Virus record (IMG/VR): IMGVR_UViG_3300032235_000610 | Location: 1-24,013 of that record | Strand: one strand, 5' to 3' | Length of the DNA: 24,013 bases | Origin: a virus | Taxonomy: Duplodnaviria; Caudoviricetes | In this document: in pieces, positions 14,764 to 23,118 of the stretch | Position numbering within the stretch: position 1 is the first letter of the stretch | How the letters are laid out: the number at the start of each line of letters is the position of its first letter | Notes under the pieces: generated by a model | The model's input: the letters and a program-made list of their open reading frames with translations, nothing else | What the model was told of the DNA's origin: nothing | Database searches by the model: none | Translations under genes and position numbers: made by a program

Positions 14764-15983
14764 TCTGGGGTGGAAGTTCTAAACAGATCCACAAAATCAA
14801 TGGTAGTAATACTTATGAAGAAATTCCGGTAGGAGTTTATGAATTAGTTCTTACTATGACAGGTGCTTACCTTGAAAAAGTAAGCGACAATTTCGAGTTT
14901 AATTACAAACTCTATGGTGTAGAAAATCAATTCATTGAGCATTCAATGAAAAGTTTTGCTACACTTACTAAAAACATGGGTGTATTACTTTGTGGCCTTA
15001 AAGGTACAGGTAAAACAGTTACTGCTAAACAATTAGCTAACCTTAGTGGTTTGCCGGTTATTTTGGTAACTGCCGGTACTATCAATGCATTGAGTTATTT
15101 CAATGATGTACCACAGCCTTTATGTTTCTTCTTTGATGAATTTGAGAAAATTATCCGTCAGGATGATGCTCAAAACATGTCAAATGTATTAAGTTTCGTA
15201 GATGGAACTATTACTACTCAAAAGCATTTAATGCTTTTTACAAGTAATACTATCAAAGTTAATGAGTATTTCATTGACAGACCAGGTAGAATTCGTTATA
15301 TCAAAAAGTTTGATTCATTGGGAATTGATGTAGTTCAGGAAATTGTTAATGACAAACTTAACAATAAGGAACATGCTAAAGATCTTATTGAATGGGTGAC
15401 TTACTTTAAGTTTTTAACCATTGATTTGCTTACCAGCATTATCGATGAGATTAACATTCATGACATGTCTGTTAAACAATTTAAAGATTTCTTTAATGCT
15501 GATAACGAAAAGACTCCATATACTGTAAACTTTAAGGTTACAGATTCTAATACTGGTAAATCAGCTGAATTTATGTCTCCTCTTGTTGTTAAAAATGGTA
15601 TAAGTCCTTCTGAAATAAAGCAAGAATTTATTCTTGGCAATAGAGATTTACAAATTACCTGTTTAAGAGGTAGACTTTATGAGACTGAACCAGGTAATTT
15701 TAATAAATTTGTAACCAATGATTCATGGGCCTCTACTTGGTATATTACTAGTGATAAAGAAGATGTTTCAAATCCTGAAGATTTGGCTTTTACTTCTTAT
15801 TTGTACCGTGATCCAGAAGGTAACTTTGCAAATATTGTTGGTACAGATGAAAATGGTAACAGATTTATCACTGCAGTTTCTACTTCTGATAAAAGAGTAA
15901 TTATTCCTGATGGAGTAAAACTTTTATTTGAAATGGTAATTGATAGAGAAACTCTCTATGGAGGTTATTCTTACACATATTAA
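14748..15983 (+). CDS. AAA+ ATPase
   Basis: Walker A GLKGTGKT, Walker B FFFDEFEK, sensor TSN, arginine finger RPGRI. Confidence 0.9.
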   Translation: MSDKLIWGGSSKQIHKINGSNTYEEIPVGVYELVLTMTGAYLEKVSDNFEFNYKLYGVENQFIEHSMKSFATLTKNMGVLLCGLKGTGKTVTAKQLANLSGLPVILVTAGTINALSYFNDVPQPLCFFFDEFEKIIRQDDAQNMSNVLSFVDGTITTQKHLMLFTSNTIKVNEYFIDRPGRIRYIKKFDSLGIDVVQEIVNDKLNNKEHAKDLIEWVTYFKFLTIDLLTSIIDEINIHDMSVKQFKDFFNADNEKTPYTVNFKVTDSNTGKSAEFMSPLVVKNGISPSEIKQEFILGNRDLQITCLRGRLYETEPGNFNKFVTNDSWASTWYITSDKEDVSNPEDLAFTSYLYRDPEGNFANIVGTDENGNRFITAVSTSDKRVIIPDGVKLLFEMVIDRETLYGGYSYTY

Positions 15984-15984
15984 C

Positions 15985-16167
15985 ATGTTCAGATTTATAT
16001 TTATTATAGTATTGGTAGTCGTACTGGCTGCCATACTATACTTTGTTGGTAAAGGAATTTATTCTTTATTAACAAAGAGTCAGGCCTCTAATCTCGAAGA
16101 GGATTTAAAAAAAGGAGAAAAAGCAAAACAAACAATTCAACAATTAAACAAAAAAATCAAAAAGTAA
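15985..16167 (+). CDS. small single-TM protein
   Basis: Start moved to 15985 (MFRFIFIIVLVVVL); TAATG-coupled to the SPFH gene. Confidence 0.7.
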   Translation: MFRFIFIIVLVVVLAAILYFVGKGIYSLLTKSQASNLEEDLKKGEKAKQTIQQLNKKIKK

Positions 16168-17396
16168 TGGAACCAAAACAAATTATCAAATTAGCAGCAG
16201 TATTAGTGGCTATCGTCATAGCCGGATTTATCAATCCATTTTCATGGAATGATGCAACAGAAAGAACAGTTGTAACCCAAATTAGCGGGAAACAATTTGT
16301 TGAGTTCAAACCAGGAGTATTCTATGCAGGATTCTTTGCAAAAGAAACACCTTATCCAAATCAAATCTCTGTATCTCACATGGACAGTCTATTTGATGGT
16401 AATTATTCATTGAATGATAATACCATTGAAATAGGTGTAATTAAAGATGTAAGATTCAATGATGCTACAACAGCTGTTATATCAGGTATTACCCAGTACA
16501 TTTTACCATCAGGTGAAAAGGAAATGTTAGAAATACATAATGCCCATAGATCTCCGGAATCATTTGTACAACGTAGATTAGCTCCATATACTATTGAATG
16601 CCTAAAGTCAAGCGGACAGCTTATGTCTAGTGAAGCTCATTACAGCGGAGGACGAGCTCAAATGACACAAGATTACATGGATCAATTAAAGAATGGCTCT
16701 TATTTATTAAATGTTAAAGAATTAATTACATATGATTCTGTTGAAAAATCTAATAAACGTGTTTATGCAGTACAAATTCAAACTGATAAGAATGGTAGCC
16801 GTTTAAGAAAGTTCTCTTCTATTAAAGAATACTCTGTAATTGTAGGTGATGCTCAAATTATCGATGTTGATTATGAGAAAAAAGTTGATGAAATGTTAGC
16901 CAAAAAGATTGATGCCGCAACTAAAGCAAGTATATCTAAGCAAGAGTTAATGACTGCTCAACAAAAGCAATTAACAGCTGAAGCTCAAGGTAAACAAAAA
17001 TTGGTTGAGATCGAGTATCAACAAAAGCAAGAGCAAACTAAACAAGTAGTAGCAGCTCAAACATTGGTAGAATTAGCTAAACAGGATTTATTGAAACAAG
17101 AGATTGCCTTACAGGCTTCTGCTAAAGAAGCAGCTAAGATTAAGACACTTGCAGATGCAGAAGCATATTCTAAACAAAAGATTATGAGTGCAGATGGTGC
17201 CTTAGATAAGAAAATCAATGCTTATACTACAGTAATGCAATATTGGGCTGATGCATTTGGTAAATACCAAGGTGCAATGGTTCCAACTTATATGATGGGT
17301 GGAGGTCCAGGTGCTGGTAATGCCGGTACTAACTTCATGCAGCTAATGAGTATGCAAGCAATGAAAGACTTGAATTTGAATCTCAAAAACAAATAA
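16167..17396 (+). CDS. SPFH/band-7 domain membrane protein
   Basis: N-terminal TM, ERTVV...PG, core domain, Ala/Glu/Gln-rich coiled coil (AEAQG, ADAEAY), Gly-rich tail. Confidence 0.75.
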   Translation: MEPKQIIKLAAVLVAIVIAGFINPFSWNDATERTVVTQISGKQFVEFKPGVFYAGFFAKETPYPNQISVSHMDSLFDGNYSLNDNTIEIGVIKDVRFNDATTAVISGITQYILPSGEKEMLEIHNAHRSPESFVQRRLAPYTIECLKSSGQLMSSEAHYSGGRAQMTQDYMDQLKNGSYLLNVKELITYDSVEKSNKRVYAVQIQTDKNGSRLRKFSSIKEYSVIVGDAQIIDVDYEKKVDEMLAKKIDAATKASISKQELMTAQQKQLTAEAQGKQKLVEIEYQQKQEQTKQVVAAQTLVELAKQDLLKQEIALQASAKEAAKIKTLADAEAYSKQKIMSADGALDKKINAYTTVMQYWADAFGKYQGAMVPTYMMGGGPGAGNAGTNFMQLMSMQAMKDLNLNLKNK

Positions 17397-17413
17397 ACCA
17401 AACAATAATCACA

Positions 17414-17683
17414 ATGAACCATCAAGGCAAACACTACACTAGAGTAGTAACAATTTCTTGTCAGCCGAAGTTAAACAAGAAAGTAATCAATTTAGGTAAA
17501 ATCTACCAAAAGAAATTAGAACGTCAAGTACACAAAGAAGTAGAGGGAATATTTTCTCAACTCGGTGTTAGTCCTCGTACAATACGAGAAGTTCTAGAAA
17601 TGCAGTACCCGGCATTAGATGTGGTACAAGAAAAAACAGTTAAAAAATTCAAACAAAAAAGAAAAAGAAAATTTATCAAATGA
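17414..17683 (+). CDS. basic hypothetical protein
   Basis: ORF with ATGA overlap to the next gene. Confidence 0.6.
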   Translation: MNHQGKHYTRVVTISCQPKLNKKVINLGKIYQKKLERQVHKEVEGIFSQLGVSPRTIREVLEMQYPALDVVQEKTVKKFKQKRKRKFIK

Positions 17684-18240
17684 CAAACGTAGTAGCAAAA
17701 ATCGTAAACAGTAACGGAGAGGAATCAATCAAAATGGTAAGAATCATGGGTTCTACCAAATTATATGGCATTTCTCGTAACAAAGGTGTTAAAGCCCCTT
17801 ATACCTTGTTCTTCGAACAAGACATCGAAACCAACTTTAACTCAAGAGGAGCAATCCTTAAAGGTAGTGGTTTTGCAATTGAAAGCAATAACCGTAAAAC
17901 AGCTTTACAATCTTTCACAGCTGAAAGATTAGAAGAGCTTGGTTATGGTGAATTAATGGCTCAAGCTGATGAAGCAGCTGGTAACCTGGTTATTCTTGAA
18001 AACAAAATCGAAGCATCTGAAATCTTTGATGGCATGGATGTAAACATTAGCATTGAGGAGTCTACAGAAGCTCCAAATGAAAATGCTGAACCAAAGAAAG
18101 CCGGAAAAGACGGTGCTGAATTGAAATTCGGTACTGAAAAGATCTATGTAGACAGATTCCTGGTAGCAGGTACTCCTACATTTAGCTTTTTACAGCACGA
18201 TCAGATTGTAAAAGAAGTAAAAACAACCTCTCCTTTCTAA
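17680..18240 (+). CDS. hypothetical protein, possibly ssDNA-binding
   Basis: Acidic and beta-rich, ends in PF, codon bias (ATC/AAC/TTC) suggests high expression, followed by a strong terminator; function speculative. Confidence 0.6.
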   Translation: MTNVVAKIVNSNGEESIKMVRIMGSTKLYGISRNKGVKAPYTLFFEQDIETNFNSRGAILKGSGFAIESNNRKTALQSFTAERLEELGYGELMAQADEAAGNLVILENKIEASEIFDGMDVNISIEESTEAPNENAEPKKAGKDGAELKFGTEKIYVDRFLVAGTPTFSFLQHDQIVKEVKTTSPF

Positions 18241-18248
18241 TTTGTATA

Positions 18249-18280
18249 GGGTAGTGGAGTAAAATCCACTACCCATTTTT
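18249..18280 (+). terminator. intrinsic terminator
   Basis: GGGTAGTGGA-GTAAAA-TCCACTACCC-ATTTTT. Confidence 0.85.
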
Positions 18281-18283
18281 ATT

Positions 18284-18421
18284 ATGAGAAATATAAAACT
18301 CTATTTTACAAAAAAATTAAAGGAAAGAAAGATCAAACAAGTCAGAAAAAAATCTTCTGCTATTTACCTTGAAGAAAGGGAAATAGTTTTTACAGAAGAA
18401 CCTGATTTAACCGTAGATTAA
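18284..18421 (+). CDS. small hypothetical protein (not in ORF track)
   Basis: 45-aa ORF MRNIKLYFTKK... Confidence 0.45.
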   Translation: MRNIKLYFTKKLKERKIKQVRKKSSAIYLEEREIVFTEEPDLTVD

Positions 18422-18430
18422 TTATCTACA

Positions 18431-18501
18431 GGACATTTAGCTTTAGGGAAAGCGAAAAATATTTATTATTTTTGAAGCGAGTTCGAATCTCGTAGTGTCC
18501 A
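18431..18501 (+). tRNA. tRNA-like/pseudo-tRNA with all-A/U anticodon arm (nominal anticodon TTA)
   Basis: Acceptor GGACATT/AGTGTCC, D arm GCTT-TAGGGA-AAGC, AAAAAT-ATTTATT-ATTTTT, T arm GCGAG-TTCGAAT-CTCGT. Confidence 0.65.
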
Positions 18502-18503
18502 CT

Positions 18504-18764
18504 ATGTCACAACCAACACATGAAGAAATATTACAGAGCATTAGAAGAGCTTATCTATTAGGTAAAGCCTTTAATGCTGAGGCAATCTGGTTAAGAGATT
18601 ATCTCAAAGACGATTACGTTAAGATACTTAACGAAGCTAAAGCAAAGGTAAATCATTTTACCTCTAAAGCCTCTGCCAATATATCTCTAAAAGATAGAGA
18701 GATTATGGAAGAGAAAGGTTACGAATTATTGGAAAAAATATTTGAGGAAGGATTAAAGTCATGA
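18504..18764 (+). CDS. hypothetical protein
   Basis: Start moved to ATG 18504 because the track's GTG lies in the tRNA acceptor stem. Confidence 0.7.
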   Translation: MSQPTHEEILQSIRRAYLLGKAFNAEAIWLRDYLKDDYVKILNEAKAKVNHFTSKASANISLKDREIMEEKGYELLEKIFEEGLKS

Positions 18765-19306
18765 TTAAAAGATTTTTAATGCAATGTACAAATGAGCAAT
18801 TTAAGACTCAGATTGAACAAAAACTAAAAGAATTAGGTTTTATAGAATATATGATGTCTAATTATACACATGAAAATACTTATCTTCATATAAATTTAAA
18901 TCATAATAGATATACTGATCTTAATTTTTATCCGGATCAAATGTTTAAATTAAATGATATGATGGATCTTGGTAAATTTAATCCTGAATTATTATTTGCA
19001 GTACTTTCTATAAATGATACAGAATGTGGTATTCCAGGAGAGTATTGGAAATGTATTGTAGATAATGATATAGATTTTACAATGAATAAGTTATATAAAG
19101 CAAATCTTCCTTTAGATAGATCAGGAGTATTTATTGATAATAATGGTTATGCTAATGGTTTTAATATACTTTTAAATAAAAATAACAATCTTAATTTTTT
19201 TAAAAAAGCAACCCTTGAAGAAATAATTCAGCATTTTAAAGGCCTGGAAGTAACTCCTGAACTCATGGCTGAGAAACTTAAAGCAATACAAGAATTATTA
19301 CAATGA
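18761..19306 (+). CDS. hypothetical protein
   Basis: ATGA overlap; KLKELGF and KATLEEIIQHF motifs. Confidence 0.75.
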   Translation: MIKRFLMQCTNEQFKTQIEQKLKELGFIEYMMSNYTHENTYLHINLNHNRYTDLNFYPDQMFKLNDMMDLGKFNPELLFAVLSINDTECGIPGEYWKCIVDNDIDFTMNKLYKANLPLDRSGVFIDNNGYANGFNILLNKNNNLNFFKKATLEEIIQHFKGLEVTPELMAEKLKAIQELLQ

Positions 19307-19428
19307 AAAGATACGCATATTGGATAGTTACTGATAGGCAATTTAAAATATTGAAAAAATGCCCATTTTATTTTAGTTTCCAACTTGAACTTATTTTAGA
19401 AGACAACTTTAAAAAATTAAACAAATAG
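19303..19428 (+). CDS. small hypothetical protein (not in ORF track)
   Basis: 41-aa ORF with ATGA overlap that fills the gap. Confidence 0.5.
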   Translation: MKRYAYWIVTDRQFKILKKCPFYFSFQLELILEDNFKKLNK

Positions 19429-19430
19429 TC

Positions 19431-19637
19431 ATGATATTAACACCAGAACAAAGGGCAGAACAATTAGTAAGAGAGTACTATACATTTGGAATTAACAAAG
19501 AAGGGCAGACGCTTAGCTGGCTTGAGAGCAAGCAATGTGCCTTAATTGCTGTTAAGTTTGCCCAAAGCAATCCATTGAACAAAGATAGCTATAACGAGTA
19601 TTTACAAGAGATAAAACAAGAAATCGAAAAGTTATGA
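19431..19637 (+). CDS. conserved phage hypothetical protein
   Basis: TPEQRAEQL ... KQCALIAV ... KQEIEKL pattern. Confidence 0.75.
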   Translation: MILTPEQRAEQLVREYYTFGINKEGQTLSWLESKQCALIAVKFAQSNPLNKDSYNEYLQEIKQEIEKL

Positions 19638-19990
19638 CACCGAAGAAAATATACCTATTAGCCCACGACCTTGCCTTTTTATCATCTAAACACGCAAAGC
19701 CTATATTATACAATTGTGATATATCTATTGTTGATGTATTAGGTGGTCAAGTTCCCTACATCCTTGAAAGCGAACACAACAGAATAGTTGATGAGTTGAA
19801 AAGCAAGTTAGACGAATGTATTATTGGTTGCGATGTTCTTAGCGATAATCAAACGCCCGAAATTCTAAAAGACTTTGTTAATGAAGCAATGTATGTGATT
19901 GGATTAAAGAATGATAAACGATTTACTAATGCAGAATTAAGCAAAGATAAGTTGTTTGAAATGTTTGAGGATATACTTTACAAAATCTAA
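19634..19990 (+). CDS. hypothetical protein
   Basis: ATGA overlap; PKKIYL N-terminus. Confidence 0.7.
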   Translation: MTPKKIYLLAHDLAFLSSKHAKPILYNCDISIVDVLGGQVPYILESEHNRIVDELKSKLDECIIGCDVLSDNQTPEILKDFVNEAMYVIGLKNDKRFTNAELSKDKLFEMFEDILYKI

Positions 19991-20002
19991 CAACGAGATA
20001 AT

Positions 20003-20401
20003 ATGAACAGAGAAGAATTAAAAAAACAAATTGAAGATAATGTAGAAGCATTAGGTTATGGCAGGGATGATGCAGGGTGGTTAGTCTATTCTACTGGCAT
20101 AGAAGATAGACAAATCAATCAAATAATAACCATTGCCGAGCAATACGCAGAATCAAAGGTCAGCCAGTTACGCACCGAGAATGACAGACTACAAAAAACA
20201 CTTGATTTCAATGTCAAAGAAAATGTGAACATACTCAGACAACTCTCAGAAAAAATAGCCGAGAATGAGAAGTTGAAAGAATTTGCTAAGTTATCAAAGA
20301 AAAACATTGATGACTGGGTTAAGGCTTGTCCTGAATTATATGGTGCAGAAGATGTAGAATTTTACGAAGAGTTTGACAAATTAAACATAATTGAGAAATA
20401 A
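20003..20401 (+). CDS. hypothetical coiled-coil protein
   Basis: Heptad-rich ORF. Confidence 0.7.
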   Translation: MNREELKKQIEDNVEALGYGRDDAGWLVYSTGIEDRQINQIITIAEQYAESKVSQLRTENDRLQKTLDFNVKENVNILRQLSEKIAENEKLKEFAKLSKKNIDDWVKACPELYGAEDVEFYEEFDKLNIIEK

Positions 20402-20402
20402 T

Positions 20403-20768
20403 ATGATACAAGCAAATGAACTTCGAGTAGGTAATTGGATAAAGGATAGAGGTGGTAAGATGTGGCAAATAGATTGTTGGGAATCCCATGATAAAGTTGC
20501 ATCTAAGCCTCCTTATCTTGGTGTATTAAATGAAATTCCTATGTTTGGACATCCATATACTGAAGAGATTCCATATTTACAACCCGTTGATTTAACAATT
20601 CAATTACTTATTAATTCCGGATTTAGACAGATAGATAAATATACATTTGTAAAGAAAAATATATTTATTCATCACAGAAAGAGTGGATTTAAATATGGTA
20701 AGTTAATTGTATCTTCTATGCATCAATTACAGAATCTTTATTTTGCATTAACCCAAAAAGAATTATGA
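20403..20768 (+). CDS. conserved phage hypothetical protein
   Basis: ANELRVGNW ... HQLQNLYFALTQKEL pattern; start moved to 20403. Confidence 0.75.
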   Translation: MIQANELRVGNWIKDRGGKMWQIDCWESHDKVASKPPYLGVLNEIPMFGHPYTEEIPYLQPVDLTIQLLINSGFRQIDKYTFVKKNIFIHHRKSGFKYGKLIVSSMHQLQNLYFALTQKEL

Positions 20769-20899
20769 CCGAAGAAGAATTAGAAAAACTTTATTTGATT
20801 TATGTACTTGATGAAGTTGGGCATAACACTATGACCCGAGGTGAGTTTGAGAAAAAACTCCAAACAGACGAAGAATTTAGAAAGAGATTTATAAAATGA
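20765..20899 (+). CDS. small hypothetical protein (not in ORF track)
   Basis: 44 aa; ATGA overlaps at both ends. Confidence 0.6.
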   Translation: MTEEELEKLYLIYVLDEVGHNTMTRGEFEKKLQTDEEFRKRFIK

Positions 20900-22092
20900 A
20901 CAAAGTACTAACCAACATTACAAGTTCTGAGATTATTAAGATATCTCAGAAAATTAGACAATCAAAGAATTCAGTATTTAATTTAAGTATTGGAGACTTT
21001 GACCCAGAAATTAATGCTATTCCTGAATTACTTAAGAAGTATATTAAGGAAGAGTATGATAATGATTCTACCAATTATCCAATGGCTCAGGGAGAACTTG
21101 TATTAAGAGAAGCAATTGCTAAAAACTCTTTATATACTGCCGATGAAATATTGGTAGGTGCCGGTGCAAGACCTTTGATTTATACTTTATTTAAAGGTAT
21201 AGTTGATCCAGGAGATTACGTGGTTTACCCGGTACCATCATGGAATAATAATCATTATTGTTTTTTACATGGTGCTAATGCTATAGAAATAGAATGCAAA
21301 CCAGAAAATGATTTTTTTCCTACAGTTGAGGATATTCAAAAAGAGTTATATAGAGCTAAGTTAATATGCTTATGTTCTCCTCAGAATCCTACGGGTAAGT
21401 TAATCGATAGAAATGTCCTTGAACTTATTTGTAAAAGTATTGTAGAAGCAAATAAGCACAAAGAAAATAAGACTTACTTATTCTTTGATCAGATTTATTC
21501 TGATTTAGCTGCTGTTACATTTACTGATCCATTGGAGGTATGTCCTGAAATTAAACCATATTTATTATCAATTGATGGAGTTTCCAAATCAATTTGTGCT
21601 ACCGGCTTAAGAGTTGGTTGGATGACAGGTCCTAAAGATGTAATTGCAAAGATGACATCTGTATTTTCTCACATCGGAGCTTGGGCACCAAAGCCTGAAC
21701 AATTAGCTGTAGCAAAATATCTTCATACTCAAGAGATGTTTGAGTTTGTAAATACTAAAGTTTATCAATATGGAGAAATTATGGAAGAGTTCTGTGAATT
21801 TTTAAATAAACTTAAGGAATTAAACTATAAGATTGACTACAAAGAACCAGATGCAGGTATTTATTTATCGTTGTATTTGGGCTACCAAGATAACTTCAAA
21901 ACTCTTGATGATTATGTTGATTTCCTAATTGATAATGGACTAGGAATAGTTCCATTTGAATATTTTGGATCAAAGGAAAACAAGGGTTGGTTTAGAATAT
22001 CTATTGGTACAGTAGACCAGGATTCTTTAGATGATATTTTTTATACATTAGCAACAATACTTAGAAAATTAGAAAATGAGACAGAAAATTAA
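20896..22092 (+). CDS. PLP-dependent aminotransferase class I/II (aspartate aminotransferase-like)
   Basis: NLSIGDFD, SPQNPTG, DQIY, GVSKSICATGLRVGW (PLP lysine), FRIS. Confidence 0.92.
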   Translation: MNKVLTNITSSEIIKISQKIRQSKNSVFNLSIGDFDPEINAIPELLKKYIKEEYDNDSTNYPMAQGELVLREAIAKNSLYTADEILVGAGARPLIYTLFKGIVDPGDYVVYPVPSWNNNHYCFLHGANAIEIECKPENDFFPTVEDIQKELYRAKLICLCSPQNPTGKLIDRNVLELICKSIVEANKHKENKTYLFFDQIYSDLAAVTFTDPLEVCPEIKPYLLSIDGVSKSICATGLRVGWMTGPKDVIAKMTSVFSHIGAWAPKPEQLAVAKYLHTQEMFEFVNTKVYQYGEIMEEFCEFLNKLKELNYKIDYKEPDAGIYLSLYLGYQDNFKTLDDYVDFLIDNGLGIVPFEYFGSKENKGWFRISIGTVDQDSLDDIFYTLATILRKLENETEN

Positions 22093-22339
22093 AAAAGGAG
22101 ATGCATTTTTATGTGTTCAGGATTTTTTAATGCAGGATGGAACAATTGCTTTTAAAAAAGGAGTAATTTATTTTTCAGAACAGGATAAATGTCTTACTAA
22201 TACATGGGGTCATATAGAACATTACATGGATACATGTGATATTTTTACTGATCACTTTAAGGATCATAAATCTGATGTATCTCCTGAACACAGTAAATTA
22301 TTATTAGAACGAATATTAGAGTTAAGAAATGAAAATTAA
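22076..22339 (+). CDS. hypothetical protein
   Basis: KGDAFLC ... FKKGVIY motif. Confidence 0.7.
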   Translation: MRQKIKKGDAFLCVQDFLMQDGTIAFKKGVIYFSEQDKCLTNTWGHIEHYMDTCDIFTDHFKDHKSDVSPEHSKLLLERILELRNEN

Positions 22340-22529
22340 AAAAACACCTTACGTTGAGTGGTTACTTAAAGAAACTGACAGAGATGCAAATGATTTGCAG
22401 AGTTTATTGGTTCATGAAGTTTACATGAATAAGAATCCACAAGCAATGGATTTATTGCAACTAAATGGAGATCAGACATTTAGCATGGAAAGTTTTAAAA
22501 AAACTGCAGAATTAATTTTAAGTTTATGA
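22329..22529 (+). CDS. hypothetical protein
   Basis: Overlapping ORF in the gene run. Confidence 0.65.
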   Translation: MKIKKTPYVEWLLKETDRDANDLQSLLVHEVYMNKNPQAMDLLQLNGDQTFSMESFKKTAELILSL

Positions 22530-22732
22530 AAGAATTTACATACCCAGGTTACTTTTGTTCTGAAGCTGAAGAGTTTTTTGGAGACAAAGTAATAAGAGAA
22601 GAAAGAGATGGTTGTGCTGTAGTAGGACACTTTATTAAATTAAAGAATGGTAAAACTCATTTACCAGATAAAGGAGATGTCTTTACTAAAGATGATCAAG
22701 GAGATTTAACAGTATTATCAATTTACAGATGA
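22526..22732 (+). CDS. hypothetical protein
   Basis: ATGA overlaps at both ends. Confidence 0.65.
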   Translation: MKEFTYPGYFCSEAEEFFGDKVIREERDGCAVVGHFIKLKNGKTHLPDKGDVFTKDDQGDLTVLSIYR

Positions 22733-22818
22733 ATGTGAGAGACCAAAGGCAAAAAGAGTTTGCCGAGGTAGCATTGGAGAAGAAAAATGGTCTATTACAT
22801 CTATGTAGTAGATTTGGT
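22729..22818 (+). CDS. superfamily 2 helicase, exon 1
   Basis: MNVRDQRQKEFAEVALEKKNGLLHLCSRFG: Q motif and first part of Walker A; ATGA overlap with the upstream gene. Confidence 0.85.
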
Positions 22819-23118
22819 AATGTAAGATAATTATTGTATATTTATGTATGAAGATACAATAATTACAAAAAAATTGCCGTCTTAAATAGTGATGTTTAAG
22901 ATTATCAGAGGACAAAAACGGTGAAGGCTGAGATTGCTAATACCGTGCTAAACACAATAATTTAAAAGGTATTGTGTCAGTGTAACGCATAGGAAATGAA
23001 GAATATAAAAATTTTCCCAAGAGTGTCCTCCATCTTTCGAGATGAAAATATATGCTGAACTATATCAAATAAAAGATATAGAAGTAGAGGATAAAAAGCC
23101 TTTACGATAACATAATTG
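22819..23118 (+). mobile_element. group I self-splicing intron (IA-like, 300 nt, no endonuclease ORF)
   Basis: 5' exon ends in U, which pairs with G in P1 (GGT|AAT with ATTGCC 22873-78); P2 with GTGA loop; P3 GAGGACA/TGTCCTC; P4 ACGGT/ACCGT; P6a ACACAATA/TATTGTGT; P7 GCATA/TATGC; P8 CATCT-TTCG-AGATG; P9 hairpins; terminal G; removal restores the frame and the GK of Walker A. Confidence 0.92.

Noticed and set aside
1700-15900. Nested alternative-frame + ORFs (1700-1885, 11923-12108, 12733-12933, 15718-15900)
   Set aside because: Each lies wholly inside a longer, better-supported gene
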